This document shows positions 46,127 to 56,677 of a stretch of 61,044 nt of DNA, in pieces. The stretch is from the IMG/VR virus record IMGVR_UViG_3300009508_001114, positions 1-61,044 of that record; one strand, given 5' to 3'. The DNA is from a virus (taxonomy: Duplodnaviria > Caudoviricetes). Each line of letters begins with the position of its first letter. The stretch's first letter is position 1. Position numbers and translations under genes: made by a program. Under the pieces are notes generated by a model. The model made no database searches. It had not been told where the DNA came from and worked only from the letters and a program-made list of their open reading frames with translations.

Positions 46127-46172
46127 ATTATACAGTGTATTTTAGTGGTTGTCAAGTTGTAAGTTGTTGATT
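46127..46172 (-). promoter_or_regulatory. repeated early promoter with IHF-consensus box (copy 6)
   Basis: AATCAACAACTTA 46160-46172, TTGACA-17-TATAAT. Confidence 0.85.
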
Positions 46173-46445
46173 TTAAAAGGCAAAAACGTTAGATGATCCT
46201 GTATTAACAGTATGACCGCATTTTGCAGTACTGATACCTGTTACACTTACAGGTTTATCTGTTGCAAATACAGTTGGAGCACCAGTAACAATAGTTGGAC
46301 TTACATGAGGAGGATCACCATGAGTAGATACAATGTCATTGATAATACTACATGATTTATCATTTACCGTTACAGTTGGTGAGCCTGGACCTAAAATTAT
46401 CCCGCTTGCAACTCTATCTACTTGTGTTCTTGCTACTTGTGCCAT
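46173..46445 (-). CDS. PAAR-like spike tip protein (gp5.4-like)
   Basis: GSPTVTVN, H...H, CGH, GSSNVF. Confidence 0.88.
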   Translation of the reverse strand: MAQVARTQVDRVASGIILGPGSPTVTVNDKSCSIINDIVSTHGDPPHVSPTIVTGAPTVFATDKPVSVTGISTAKCGHTVNTGSSNVFAF

Positions 46446-46465
46446 ATAAGTTATTTATTAAAAAT

Positions 46466-46541
46466 TGGAGCGGGTAGCCGGGCTCGAACCGGCTACCTCA
46501 ACCTTGGCAAGGTTGCGCTCTACCAAATGAGCTATACCCGC
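46466..46541 (-). tRNA. tRNA-Gly(GCC)
   Basis: GCGGGTA acceptor, CAACC-TTGCCAA-GGTTG anticodon arm, GGTTCGA, encoded CCA; 76 nt. Confidence 0.97.
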
Positions 46542-46841
46542 TTATTCTGCATTAGATTCCGCCCTAATAATGTTTTCGTATTCTTCTGCAACATCGTCAT
46601 TTGCTGCCATTACAGTTAATATACCACTAGTGCTTAAATAAACAGTTGATTGGTTGCTAGTAACCGTCATGACAATCATATTTGCTTCGCCAGTATTAGC
46701 ATTAAACGTAATGTATCTTGGATTCTCTACTATGAGGAAATCTTTATCTGGCGATGTATTCCATAACTTACATAAAATTTCTCTACCAGAGTTTAAGATT
46801 ACTACCACAACAGAGTTTTCTAATTCTTGAATGTTCAGCAT
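46542..46841 (-). CDS. Sm-like fold hypothetical protein
   Basis: VVVILNSGREILCKL...VENP pattern, as in 28033-28320. Confidence 0.55.
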   Translation of the reverse strand: MLNIQELENSVVVVILNSGREILCKLWNTSPDKDFLIVENPRYITFNANTGEANMIVMTVTSNQSTVYLSTSGILTVMAANDDVAEEYENIIRAESNAE

Positions 46842-47096
46842 TTATAAACTTCCTAATTGTGTTGTGTCTATTTTTTCTTCTAGTTTCTTTTTAAGTCCTT
46901 CGTACCCGCCGTGAACATATAGTTGATTGTTTTCATAAATTTGTGGCATAGTTCTATGACCACCGCTTACTAGAAAGTCTCTAGCATCTTTGTTTAAATC
47001 CACGTTGATTTCTTCAAACTCAATATTTTTATTTTTAAGCAAACTTTTAGCCATCATGCAATAGCCGCAGTTATTTTTTGTGTATACTGTTAACAT
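46842..47096 (-). CDS. glutaredoxin
   Basis: CGYC, TMPQI, GGY; downstream of nrdB. Confidence 0.92.
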   Translation of the reverse strand: MLTVYTKNNCGYCMMAKSLLKNKNIEFEEINVDLNKDARDFLVSGGHRTMPQIYENNQLYVHGGYEGLKKKLEEKIDTTQLGSL

Positions 47097-48178
47097 TATA
47101 AGCTCATTCCTTTAAATGTGTCGTCTGTTACGTCTTGTTTTGTTCCTCCAATAACATAGGAACTAATTTCTGTCTCCTGTGGTGCTACTTGAACTTCACC
47201 GCCACGAATCCATTTCTCAGTCCATGGTAGAGGATTACTTGCGGTTGTGCTGTAAGGTGCTGTTAACCCAACTGCTCGCATACGTCTTGCTGCGATCCAC
47301 TCAATGTATTGCTTGAGTAATTCTGCATTAAGACCAATCATTGACCCATCTTTAAACAAGTATTCAGCCCAGGCTTTTTCCTGTTCAATTGCATCTATAA
47401 ACATATCTATACTTTCTTGTTCACATTCCTCAGCAATTTTGGCAAAGTCTTCGTCGTCTGAGGGCAGCAGTTTTAGCATTTGTTGGGTGCTAGCCATATG
47501 TACGTTTTCATCTCTAGCAATAAACTTGATAATCTTTGCATTGCCTTCCATCTTTTTAAGTTCTGCAAATGCCCAACTACATGCAAAACTAACATAGAAG
47601 CGAACACCTTCCAGTATGTTTACAGCCATAATTGCTAAGTATAAAGCCTTTTTGTGTTTATATGAACCGTAAGAACTGTGCAAATTATTCATTGCAATTA
47701 GTTTATCATAGTAGGAAGTAATACTTTTGCTGCACTCAACTATCTCTTTAACGTCTAAGAGTTTATCAAATACAACACTGGGATCTGAGTAAACATTACG
47801 AATAATATGCGTATAGCTTCTGCTGTGAATTGTTTCTGAGAATGCCCATGTCTCTATCCAGGTTTCCAGTTCAGGAATACTTACTATAGGCAGAAAAGCT
47901 AGATTAGGGCTGCGGCCTTGTACACTATCTAGCAATATTTGTCTCTTTAAATTACTAGTAAAAATGTGTTTTTCATGATCAGTAAGATCACGAAAGTCTT
48001 TACTATCTCTACCAATATCTACTTCTTCAGGACGCCAGAAAAACCCCAGTTGCTTATCTGTAATTTTATCAAACTGTCTATATTTGAGTGTGTCGTAACG
48101 TTGTACATTTACACTACCATCAAAAAACATTTTAGTTTCTGTGTAATGTTTTTTCTTATCTGTGTTAAACACTGACAT
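47096..48178 (-). CDS. nrdB: ribonucleotide reductase class Ia beta
   Basis: [26 protein letters not shown]. Confidence 0.97.
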   Translation of the reverse strand: MSVFNTDKKKHYTETKMFFDGSVNVQRYDTLKYRQFDKITDKQLGFFWRPEEVDIGRDSKDFRDLTDHEKHIFTSNLKRQILLDSVQGRSPNLAFLPIVSIPELETWIETWAFSETIHSRSYTHIIRNVYSDPSVVFDKLLDVKEIVECSKSITSYYDKLIAMNNLHSSYGSYKHKKALYLAIMAVNILEGVRFYVSFACSWAFAELKKMEGNAKIIKFIARDENVHMASTQQMLKLLPSDDEDFAKIAEECEQESIDMFIDAIEQEKAWAEYLFKDGSMIGLNAELLKQYIEWIAARRMRAVGLTAPYSTTASNPLPWTEKWIRGGEVQVAPQETEISSYVIGGTKQDVTDDTFKGMSL

Positions 48179-48187
48179 ATATTTTCC

Positions 48188-50476
48188 TTAAATTTTGCAC
48201 GATTCACAGTCTTCGTCATCTAACTCACCTGGTGCTAGAGGTTCGTCTTTGAACTCCATTTCACCTTGACCATCATAGGTGTTGTTATAGTATAATTGTT
48301 TGCCGCCGTACTTATAAAACATAATCAGGTGTTGCAATAAAACGCTCATTGGTACCTTTTCGTCTTCAAAGAACTCTGGGTTGTAACTGGTATTAACACT
48401 AATACCCTGATCAATAAACTTTTGTAATACTGCACAAATTTTTAAGTAACCTTCGGGTGACTTCTGATCCCACAATAAGTCATACTTGTTTTTCAGTCTG
48501 TGATATTGTGGCACCACTTGTCTTAGTACACCATCTTTGCTTTGTTTAATACTTACAAAACTTCTAGGCGGTTCAATACCGTTTGTGCTGTTTGAAATCT
48601 GGGCACTTGTTTCTGCTGGCATCAATGCCATTAATGTGCTGTTACGGATACCTGTTTCTTTTAGTTGCTTACGCAACCCTTTCCAGTCCATGAGATACTT
48701 TGGCTTAACCAATTCGTCTACATCTGACTTATAAGTATCAATGGGTACGATGCCTTGTCCATACTTGGTTTCTGGTGTTCCAGGACATGCACCTTTTTCC
48801 ACTGCAAGATCTGCACTGGCTTTGATTAAGTAATAACTCCATGCTTCTGCCCACTCATGCACCAACTCTAAGTTAGGATTTTGATACGTAGTATCATTCT
48901 TTGCTAACCAGAATGCAAAGTTAATAATGCCAATACCCAGCGGACGGCGTTTTTGTGTAGCAAGTTCTGCGGCTAACACAGGATACTTTTGGTAGTCTAA
49001 TAGTGCGTCTAACCCACGTACTGCTAAGTTACATACTCGTTCAAATCCTGCTGGCGTTCTAATTGTGCCCCAATTAATAGCACTTAACGTACACAGTGCA
49101 ATTTCTCCTTCGGGATCATTTGTATCGTTCAGTGGCTTTGTGGGCAAGTCAATTTCTGTACACAAATTACTCATTCTAATAGGAGCAACCGTCTCATCGA
49201 AACTGCTGTGGGTGTTTGCATGGTCTACGTTCATCAAGTAAATGCGCCCAGTATCTTTACGCTCTTGTACAAATGCACTAAACAAGTCAACTGCTTTTAC
49301 TGTCTTCTTACGAATCTTAGTATTACGCTCTGCTGCTTCATATAGTTCCTTAAAACGGATTTGGTCTGCGTAAAACGCTTCATACAATCCAGGAACATCA
49401 TGGGGTGAGAACAGTGTGATATCACCTCCAGTGAGTAGGCGCTCATACATCAGCTTGTTGAACTGCACACCATAATCCATGTGCCTTACACGATTGTCTT
49501 CTGTGCCCTTGTTGTTTTTGAGGACGAGCATGTCTTCGACTTCGAGGTGCCATATAGGGTAGTATAGTGTCGCAGCTCCGCCTCGAACACCGCCTTGGCT
49601 GCAAGATTTAACAGCACTTTGAAAAAGTTTATAAAAGGGTATAACGCCAGTATGAGTAGCATCGCCGCTACGAATAGCACTACCAAGAGCACGGATGCTA
49701 CCAGCGCCAATACCGATTCCAGCTTTTTGACTAACATATTTAACAATTGCGCTTGCTGTTGCATTTATACTATCCAGTGAATCATCCGTTTCAATTAGTA
49801 CACAGGATGAGAATTGTCTTTGTGGTGTACGCACACCTGCCATCACAGGAGTAGGCAGGCTGATATCAAAGTTGCTAATTGCATCATAGTAATCTTTTAC
49901 ATACTGCATTCTAGTATCAGCAGGATAATCACTAAACAGTGTAGCAGCAATCATGATGTATGCAACCTGTGGTGTTTCGTAAATAATATTGGCTGCTCTA
50001 TTCTGTACTAGATACTTACCACGAAACTGTTCCATAGCAGCATATGTGAGATTATTGTCGCGATCGTGATCAATATAATCGTTTAGTTCATCTATGTCTG
50101 CTTTAGTATATTTTTCTGTAAATGCAGTATCATAAAATCCTAAGTCAACATTCTTTTGGATTATATCGCACAGACAAGGAGGCTCAAATACACCATATAC
50201 CTGCTTCCTCAAATGGTAGTTTACTAAACGACCAGCAACGTATTGATAGTTAGGAGTTTCTTCTGTGATTAAGTCAGCAGCACTTTTAATCAGTGTTTCC
50301 TGAATATCAGTACTTTTAATTCCATTATAGAATTGTAAATGGCTTTTTATTTCTACTTCTGATGGGCTTACGCCGGTAATATTTTCGCAAGCATGAAAAA
50401 CTACTTTGTGTAATTTCTCTAATTGCAGCGGCTCTTTATCGCCGTTCCTCTTTGTAATAAGAATGGGTTTTGACAT
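48188..50476 (-). CDS. nrdA: ribonucleotide reductase class Ia alpha
   Basis: ATP cone, SSCVL, NLCTEI, LYY, C-terminal CESC. Confidence 0.98.
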   Translation of the reverse strand: MSKPILITKRNGDKEPLQLEKLHKVVFHACENITGVSPSEVEIKSHLQFYNGIKSTDIQETLIKSAADLITEETPNYQYVAGRLVNYHLRKQVYGVFEPPCLCDIIQKNVDLGFYDTAFTEKYTKADIDELNDYIDHDRDNNLTYAAMEQFRGKYLVQNRAANIIYETPQVAYIMIAATLFSDYPADTRMQYVKDYYDAISNFDISLPTPVMAGVRTPQRQFSSCVLIETDDSLDSINATASAIVKYVSQKAGIGIGAGSIRALGSAIRSGDATHTGVIPFYKLFQSAVKSCSQGGVRGGAATLYYPIWHLEVEDMLVLKNNKGTEDNRVRHMDYGVQFNKLMYERLLTGGDITLFSPHDVPGLYEAFYADQIRFKELYEAAERNTKIRKKTVKAVDLFSAFVQERKDTGRIYLMNVDHANTHSSFDETVAPIRMSNLCTEIDLPTKPLNDTNDPEGEIALCTLSAINWGTIRTPAGFERVCNLAVRGLDALLDYQKYPVLAAELATQKRRPLGIGIINFAFWLAKNDTTYQNPNLELVHEWAEAWSYYLIKASADLAVEKGACPGTPETKYGQGIVPIDTYKSDVDELVKPKYLMDWKGLRKQLKETGIRNSTLMALMPAETSAQISNSTNGIEPPRSFVSIKQSKDGVLRQVVPQYHRLKNKYDLLWDQKSPEGYLKICAVLQKFIDQGISVNTSYNPEFFEDEKVPMSVLLQHLIMFYKYGGKQLYYNNTYDGQGEMEFKDEPLAPGELDDEDCESCKI

Positions 50477-50527
50477 GTGTACCTACTGTGTTTAAGTTTT
50501 TTATTATAGCTTGTATTACTTATCTTG

Positions 50528-50965
50528 TCAAGCAAAGAGTTTATCTACAGTTATAATGTATGAATCACATATAGTACCGTAGTTTTGTACTTCTTCTTCT
50601 GTTGATACCTGTCCAGGAATAAAGTTACAATATTGCTTGTCTACTTTTAATACTAATCCTTCTATTGAATCTAACTGACTACTTATCACATCAAACTGTA
50701 CCTTAACGTTGTTTATGATTTTTAGGTCTACTAGAGTAGCAGCTAAAATAATACTGTTCCCACTTTGACAAAACATACCGTCATTCACAATATTAAAAAC
50801 ATTTGGCCAGTTATTAGGTGAGTAGTAGTCAATGTATCTAATTTTATTAGGGGGGAAATTAAATGCGGATACTACTTGTTCTAGAGAAGATTCACTAGTA
50901 AACTTTTTTCTTAAACTTCTCCATGCTTCTAATCTGTGTTGTGGTTTAACTTGTTTGGTCAGCAT
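50528..50965 (-). CDS. hypothetical protein
   Basis: Coupled to structural gene (ATG 50965). Confidence 0.65.
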   Translation of the reverse strand: MLTKQVKPQHRLEAWRSLRKKFTSESSLEQVVSAFNFPPNKIRYIDYYSPNNWPNVFNIVNDGMFCQSGNSIILAATLVDLKIINNVKVQFDVISSQLDSIEGLVLKVDKQYCNFIPGQVSTEEEVQNYGTICDSYIITVDKLFA

Positions 50966-53900
50966 TATTCTTCGTAACTTGACCAACGCTTTATATTAAA
51001 CTTCATTAACAAATCAGCATCAAAGCTGTGTGCTAGGGTGTCCCCAGGCAATTGATTTAAGATATCTCTATATTGTTGTTCGAGCTTGAATACAACATCT
51101 GACCCAACTATCTCAACATAAAATCTTGGCTCCACAATAGGCGCTCCATCAACTTTAACCCAAACACTTGAGAACCTGTCGTTAATTGCACTATCATTAA
51201 TTGCAGCGTTTGAAACAACTAACATTGAACCTACTCTGCTGTATGTATCAATTGCAGTGGAACCAAAACTGTTTATTGTATATTCAATAGAATGAGAATT
51301 GTAAACAGCTATTGGTAATCTAAATACTTCTTTATCATATGTCAATGTTCTCAGTAGAACCGCTTGAGTTTGAGCTGGGAAACTTAGTATTTGCGAACCT
51401 ATACCGGCTTGCTCTCTAGTAGTAATTTCTATATTTCTACGTGTATTAAGTAAGCCCCTTACTCCATTTCTGAAATCGTTCGATTTATCAAACAGACTGC
51501 GACTGTACATTTTATTTGCTAAAAACGCAAAGTTTGATGCTTCTTGCTGGTCACAGAATAACAAATCACTGTAAGTATCATCAATTACTAAATTATAATT
51601 TCCAAAAGTACTGGAAATAACTTTATTATAAAACGGACTGTTTTCATTTAGCTCAGTGTAAGGAAACTCCTTGTAAGAATCGCCGCAAAGTAACACAGAA
51701 CTAAAAAGATTAACATCTCTATCCAACATCAATTCGTTAAACCATTTTTCAAATTTAGCTTTTACTGTATTAGTATTTCTATCGTATGTGCCAGCAGTAA
51801 AACCCAGTACGCTTAGTGTATCGCGGTCTCTGTCCTCATACAAGCTAAATTCTAAGCCGCCTACGCCTACACTACTATATCCTGGATCTTGTGTTAAGTA
51901 AAGCCTGTTTAAATCGCCATTTGTTTGTGGTGCATAATCCAGTTGAGGAAAGATTTGCTCTGGATCTTGAAATTGTTTAGTTGATACAAGTTCTCTGTTT
52001 ACTGTTGTTGTTACTTCAGCGAGAGTAGTATTTGCACGTAAATCAATTGCTAATACAGGTACAATATCAATGTTAGTATACGAATCGGCTAAGTCAGCAT
52101 AATACTCACCATCAGTTGCAAGTCCATCTGAGGCACCTATTGTTTGATTGGTTAGGAAAAACGTATTAGAAGTAATCCTTGTATTATCAACAGTGTTCAA
52201 TCCTGTAGAGTATGGTGCTGACACAGAGGTTACATTAACGTTACTTACTTCAGAAGTAAGTTCGTTTTTGTTTGAGTAAACTTGTATTACGCTATCTATA
52301 CCTGATACGGTACTACCATGTGATGTAAAAAATAAGCCTGAGTGATTCTGGCTAAACGTTGGAACAACATTTCCTGAATAAACACCAGAAGAGGTTACAC
52401 GCACATCTATTTGACCTGGTCTAACTGCTAAAACCGAAAACACTGTGTCGTGAAGTTGATTTGTAGCTAGTGTATCAACGATTCTCAGCCAATCGTCTTT
52501 CTCAATACCCTCTGAATCTGTTTTAATTGTTGCTACTGTGTCCGTTCCGCTTCCTGTATACCCGTTGCTTAAGTACCTAGCACTACTTGCTAGTTCCACG
52601 TTACATTCTCTTAGCATAGAGAAGTTTTTAGAAGGCAACTCAACGGTCATCTTACCTAAAATTGCATCTACAGACACTACATTAAAATAGTTGTCATGTA
52701 AATATCTAAATTCATTTCCGGAACTAACAAACTTTACTCTATTAAATCTATACGCACCCGATGTATCTAGTATAGGAGAAAACCTGTTTGCTACAATAGG
52801 TTCTACTTCAATATCATATCGTTGGCTATTACTTGAGTTTATAGCACAATTAGACGTATCAAATTGTTCATCGTTACGAGCAATTAATAAATTTCCTAAT
52901 GTTAATCCAGTAGTGGATGAAAGATTTGATCCATCAGCAATACTTGCAATATGTATATCTTGAAATGCAATAAATCCTACACCAGTACTTGTGCTAACTC
53001 GAATATTTTCTAACGGAATTTTTCTGTATTCCGGTATATCATATTCTGTGTAGAAACTTGTTTTATTAATATAAGGTGAGATATTACCGGTAACTTGGTT
53101 ACCTTCTATTGCTTGTATAACTTGTGTGTTGCTATAATAGGCAACTGTTATTTCATCGCTAGATTTAGGACTAGTACGCAAGACTAATTGCTGTACAGCG
53201 GTACTGCTTTTATCAGGTGTACTAAATGTATATTCGTACTGCGGGCCTGGAACACCTTGATTGGTGTTATCTTCGTCTCCTGAGAGTTGTATTCCGTTTC
53301 TCTTAACAATAACATCAGACGTTTTGAACAGTTGGTTTGTAAAGTTATTGTAAATAGAACTTTTTGTAATGGTTACATTTGATGCTAATGTGAGATCAAC
53401 ATTCTTATCAACTACTAGCTCATATCTATTAGTAACAGCATTAAAGTTAACAGAAACAATATTAGCAGAATCAGATAAAGGATCAGTAATATTTAAAACA
53501 TCACCTACTCTGATATTACCTGTAGGATCTAACTCATTTAGTCCATTAAGTTCTATAGTGGTTACACCAGTAGCCGTAACTGCTGCATTAGCTAAAACTG
53601 TTGATGTTACAGAATCTGAAAAAACATTAAAATCTGAGCTAGTATGTTTACATTCAGGATTTAGTGAGGAACTAATTATGCTTCTAGAAAAAGTAGGCTG
53701 CCATTGTTTTACTGTAGTAATTCCATTAAATTGTCCTTGGCTATACTTAATAAATGGCACAGTAAATGCAATAATTTGATTATTTGCAATACTGATAGTA
53801 TGCTCTCTGGCATTAACTGTGGTTTCAAAAACACAAGAATTTTGGTAGGGAGTTAAAAACGGATATCTATCATCTGTACCAATAAAAAGCTGTTGGCTAT

Positions 53901-54021
53901 CAACCGCGAACCCAATTTCTCCAGGTCTTAATGGTTGTGGAATATCCTGTTTAAGTCCCCTACGTTGCTGCTGTCGCGCAATAATAATATTGTTTTCGTT
54001 ATTAATTTCGGTCACTGTCAA
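50965..54021 (-). CDS. large virion structural protein
   Basis: QQRRG..PLRPGEIGFAVD.QQLFIG N-terminus typical of tail/baseplate proteins; TTG start with AGGAG; GATAAATA 54044-54051. Confidence 0.8.
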   Translation of the reverse strand: MTVTEINNENNIIIARQQQRRGLKQDIPQPLRPGEIGFAVDSQQLFIGTDDRYPFLTPYQNSCVFETTVNAREHTISIANNQIIAFTVPFIKYSQGQFNGITTVKQWQPTFSRSIISSSLNPECKHTSSDFNVFSDSVTSTVLANAAVTATGVTTIELNGLNELDPTGNIRVGDVLNITDPLSDSANIVSVNFNAVTNRYELVVDKNVDLTLASNVTITKSSIYNNFTNQLFKTSDVIVKRNGIQLSGDEDNTNQGVPGPQYEYTFSTPDKSSTAVQQLVLRTSPKSSDEITVAYYSNTQVIQAIEGNQVTGNISPYINKTSFYTEYDIPEYRKIPLENIRVSTSTGVGFIAFQDIHIASIADGSNLSSTTGLTLGNLLIARNDEQFDTSNCAINSSNSQRYDIEVEPIVANRFSPILDTSGAYRFNRVKFVSSGNEFRYLHDNYFNVVSVDAILGKMTVELPSKNFSMLRECNVELASSARYLSNGYTGSGTDTVATIKTDSEGIEKDDWLRIVDTLATNQLHDTVFSVLAVRPGQIDVRVTSSGVYSGNVVPTFSQNHSGLFFTSHGSTVSGIDSVIQVYSNKNELTSEVSNVNVTSVSAPYSTGLNTVDNTRITSNTFFLTNQTIGASDGLATDGEYYADLADSYTNIDIVPVLAIDLRANTTLAEVTTTVNRELVSTKQFQDPEQIFPQLDYAPQTNGDLNRLYLTQDPGYSSVGVGGLEFSLYEDRDRDTLSVLGFTAGTYDRNTNTVKAKFEKWFNELMLDRDVNLFSSVLLCGDSYKEFPYTELNENSPFYNKVISSTFGNYNLVIDDTYSDLLFCDQQEASNFAFLANKMYSRSLFDKSNDFRNGVRGLLNTRRNIEITTREQAGIGSQILSFPAQTQAVLLRTLTYDKEVFRLPIAVYNSHSIEYTINSFGSTAIDTYSRVGSMLVVSNAAINDSAINDRFSSVWVKVDGAPIVEPRFYVEIVGSDVVFKLEQQYRDILNQLPGDTLAHSFDADLLMKFNIKRWSSYEE

Positions 54022-54066
54022 GTCTCTCCTGAGTTCTTAACAGTATTTATCACTTTGACTGATATA

Positions 54067-55275
54067 TTATAAAGACATAAGGCTCGAGAAAAAATAGTCG
54101 ATCATATCACTTATATCGATCTGATGATTTCCTATCATAAATCCACATTCATGGATTACTTCAGCGTTTTTAAAAGTTGTTGGATCAACATTATATTGAC
54201 TAAACATAGGCTGTCGAGCCATGTTTCCTGAAACAATAGGACGTATATCAACACCCGTACTAAACAGTCGTTCTGTAATTATGTTCCGTTTTTCTTTAGA
54301 TGTTGCAACTAATCCAAACCCAAACCAAGATGATACTCCACGTTCGTGTTGTAATTTTAATGGCAGGCCACTTTCTTTTAGACATTTTTGAAAATATTGG
54401 GCATTAGCTTTTCTTGTTTCAATAAATTTATCTAGTTTTTTAACTTGCTCTATTCCTATTGCAGCAGAAATTTCTGTTGGTCTTAGATTAAAACCAGGAA
54501 GAACAAAGTGAAAGGTTTCATCTAGAGTATTATTCATAGGACGAGGGAAATACTTGTAAAATAGTTCTTGATTTTTTACATTACGCACCCAGCCATGAGA
54601 TCGAATAGAACGTAATATTTCGCTTAGAAGTTCATCATTAGTACAACAAATACCGCCTTCCATTGTAGCCATATGATGACTAAAGAAGGTAGAATGAGCA
54701 CTTATAAGACCAAAACTACCAGTTTTTTTATCGTTATAAGTAGCGCCCATGCCTTCACAATTATCTTCTAATAAAACTAATCCATGTTCGTCACAAATTG
54801 ACTGTAGTTTATCAAACTGGCAACTAACACCTATTAGATTGACTGCAAGAACAATTTTAGATTTAGGAGTTATTGCTTGAACTAGTGCTTCTGGACAAAT
54901 GTTAAAATCTAATAGATCAACGTCTACTAACTTAGGAATTAACCCTAATTGCATAATTGGAGCATACGAAGTTGACCAGCTCATTGCCGGAACTAATACT
55001 TCGTCTCCTGGACTAATATTGTTACGTGGATCATAGAGGCATGCTGCTAATGCTAAAAGATTTGCAGAACTTCCACTGTTACAGAATACCGCATATTTTA
55101 CATTTGCCCATTCGGCATAGTTTTTTTCAAACTTTTCAGTATAAGGCCCCATGGTATACATGTTGCCTGATAACACTTCCATTGCTGCTTGGTATTCTTT
55201 TGCATCCCACGATATTGACGCTAAAGGGTATTTCATGTCAAACCACTTGCCTGACATATTTGTATTAATGCTCAT
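54067..55275 (-). CDS. DegT-family PLP enzyme, ColD-type 3-dehydratase
   Basis: NSGSSANL, EDNCE, STFFSHHMATMEGG (His at the Schiff-base Lys position), RSHGW. Confidence 0.85.
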   Translation of the reverse strand: MSINTNMSGKWFDMKYPLASISWDAKEYQAAMEVLSGNMYTMGPYTEKFEKNYAEWANVKYAVFCNSGSSANLLALAACLYDPRNNISPGDEVLVPAMSWSTSYAPIMQLGLIPKLVDVDLLDFNICPEALVQAITPKSKIVLAVNLIGVSCQFDKLQSICDEHGLVLLEDNCEGMGATYNDKKTGSFGLISAHSTFFSHHMATMEGGICCTNDELLSEILRSIRSHGWVRNVKNQELFYKYFPRPMNNTLDETFHFVLPGFNLRPTEISAAIGIEQVKKLDKFIETRKANAQYFQKCLKESGLPLKLQHERGVSSWFGFGLVATSKEKRNIITERLFSTGVDIRPIVSGNMARQPMFSQYNVDPTTFKNAEVIHECGFMIGNHQIDISDMIDYFFSSLMSL

Positions 55276-55296
55276 ACGTATATTTACCTATATAGT

Positions 55297-55971
55297 TCAT
55301 GAATTAGTTTCATAAAACTGAGTTACTCGATTTCCCCATAAGTTTGCATAGTGATCAAACTCATCGTCTGCTATAACGTAATCTGCATAGCTGCCTTCTC
55401 TGTCTACCATTAGTATTGCAACTTGACGTATGTTACTGCCGAACATTTCATTGTGTGCTAGTGCATAAGCACAGCCTTGTAGGAAGTAATCCTCAACCCA
55501 TTTGCGTGGCTTGATCTTTTTAGCAGTTTTAAAGTCCACTATGCTTTCCCTGCCGTTAAACATACCCACAGCATCTGATGTGCCTGCGTATAATCCTTGA
55601 GCAATTAAGCCTACTTCCACACCCCAAAGCTCATCTACTTGACTGAGTCCTTGCTCAATCATATCATTAACCATTCGTTTAGCCATAATGCTAACCAGGT
55701 TATTCCCAGTGATTTGCCAATCTTCTTTGAGTACAAATTTCTCTAATGCATTGTGCACTTTTGTACCTAGCCCTGCGCTTTCTTGGCTTACACGATTCGC
55801 TTCAGCTTCTCCGACACGTTTGCGCCAGGCTATGAGATGGGTTTTATCTGCGGTTTTATCCAACACAGTAGTAACACTGGGAACAGGAATACTGTTGCCA
55901 TCTGTGTATTTTCGACTTCCGTCTTGTTGGATTCTTTTTAGTTTTGGGTAGTTATATTTGTTTACTAGCAT
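55297..55971 (-). CDS. PD-(D/E)xK exonuclease (phage Cas4-like)
   Basis: PSVTTVL, GTKVH, AGTSD, DFKT, Q..AY. Confidence 0.88.
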   Translation of the reverse strand: MLVNKYNYPKLKRIQQDGSRKYTDGNSIPVPSVTTVLDKTADKTHLIAWRKRVGEAEANRVSQESAGLGTKVHNALEKFVLKEDWQITGNNLVSIMAKRMVNDMIEQGLSQVDELWGVEVGLIAQGLYAGTSDAVGMFNGRESIVDFKTAKKIKPRKWVEDYFLQGCAYALAHNEMFGSNIRQVAILMVDREGSYADYVIADDEFDHYANLWGNRVTQFYETNS

Positions 55972-56018
55972 GAACTAATTATAAACGGTTATGTTTACTT
56001 TGTCAACTATTTTATTAC

Positions 56019-56339
56019 CTACCAAGCAATATTCCAGACAATAGTATTTTCTGTAACTGGATTTTCTGTTATTTGGACATTATAGCCTAGATCAGTAAAA
56101 TATTTTTTTACATAATTAATTTGATCTAGTAACGTAGCATTAGTAGTAATGCTATAATATGCATTATAATAATCAGTACTAGTTGTCATTGTAGTGCTAT
56201 TGTCAATCACTACGTTCAAATCACCTAGTTCGATTGCAACAAGAACAGTTGTTTCTAGACTGCGTACTTCGCCGTGTATAACACTGGCGTTACGAGAATC
56301 TTTTCTTGCTTGATTAGCATTAACAAATACACTGGCCAT
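56019..56339 (-). CDS. hypothetical (virion module) protein
   Basis: ORF in late operon. Confidence 0.7.
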   Translation of the reverse strand: MASVFVNANQARKDSRNASVIHGEVRSLETTVLVAIELGDLNVVIDNSTTMTTSTDYYNAYYSITTNATLLDQINYVKKYFTDLGYNVQITENPVTENTIVWNIAW

Positions 56340-56677
56340 TATTGTGGTAACTCCGCATTAATATCTGACAAGGCTTGATCTCCTGCCATGTCTGCCACAT
56401 CTACTGTGGGCTCTGCTTCTGTGCTTGTGTCTGCGCCTAATTCTGATTTAGGAACTATGTTTACGCTGTCTACGCTGCTTGCAAAACCTGATTGATCAAC
56501 TGCTGCTATTACTTCGTCTGTTGAAACTACATATCCTTGCTTTGCGAGCATTCTTTTAAATTTAGTTGTGGGGATTTGTTTTGCACCGCCGCTCATAAAT
56601 GCAACTAGTAGACCTTTAACAGCATCTACTAAGTCATCTATATAGGACTCTGTTAACAGAATATCCCTGATTAACAT
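56339..56677 (-). CDS. hypothetical (virion module) protein
   Basis: MLIRDILLTE N-terminus. Confidence 0.7.
   Translation of the reverse strand: MLIRDILLTESYIDDLVDAVKGLLVAFMSGGAKQIPTTKFKRMLAKQGYVVSTDEVIAAVDQSGFASSVDSVNIVPKSELGADTSTEAEPTVDVADMAGDQALSDINAELPQ

Noticed and set aside
47096-50476. Introns or inteins in nrdA/nrdB
   Set aside because: Both ORFs are contiguous and of normal length
55297-55971. Cas4-like nuclease as CRISPR evidence
   Set aside because: No repeat-spacer array or other cas genes; typical stand-alone phage exonuclease
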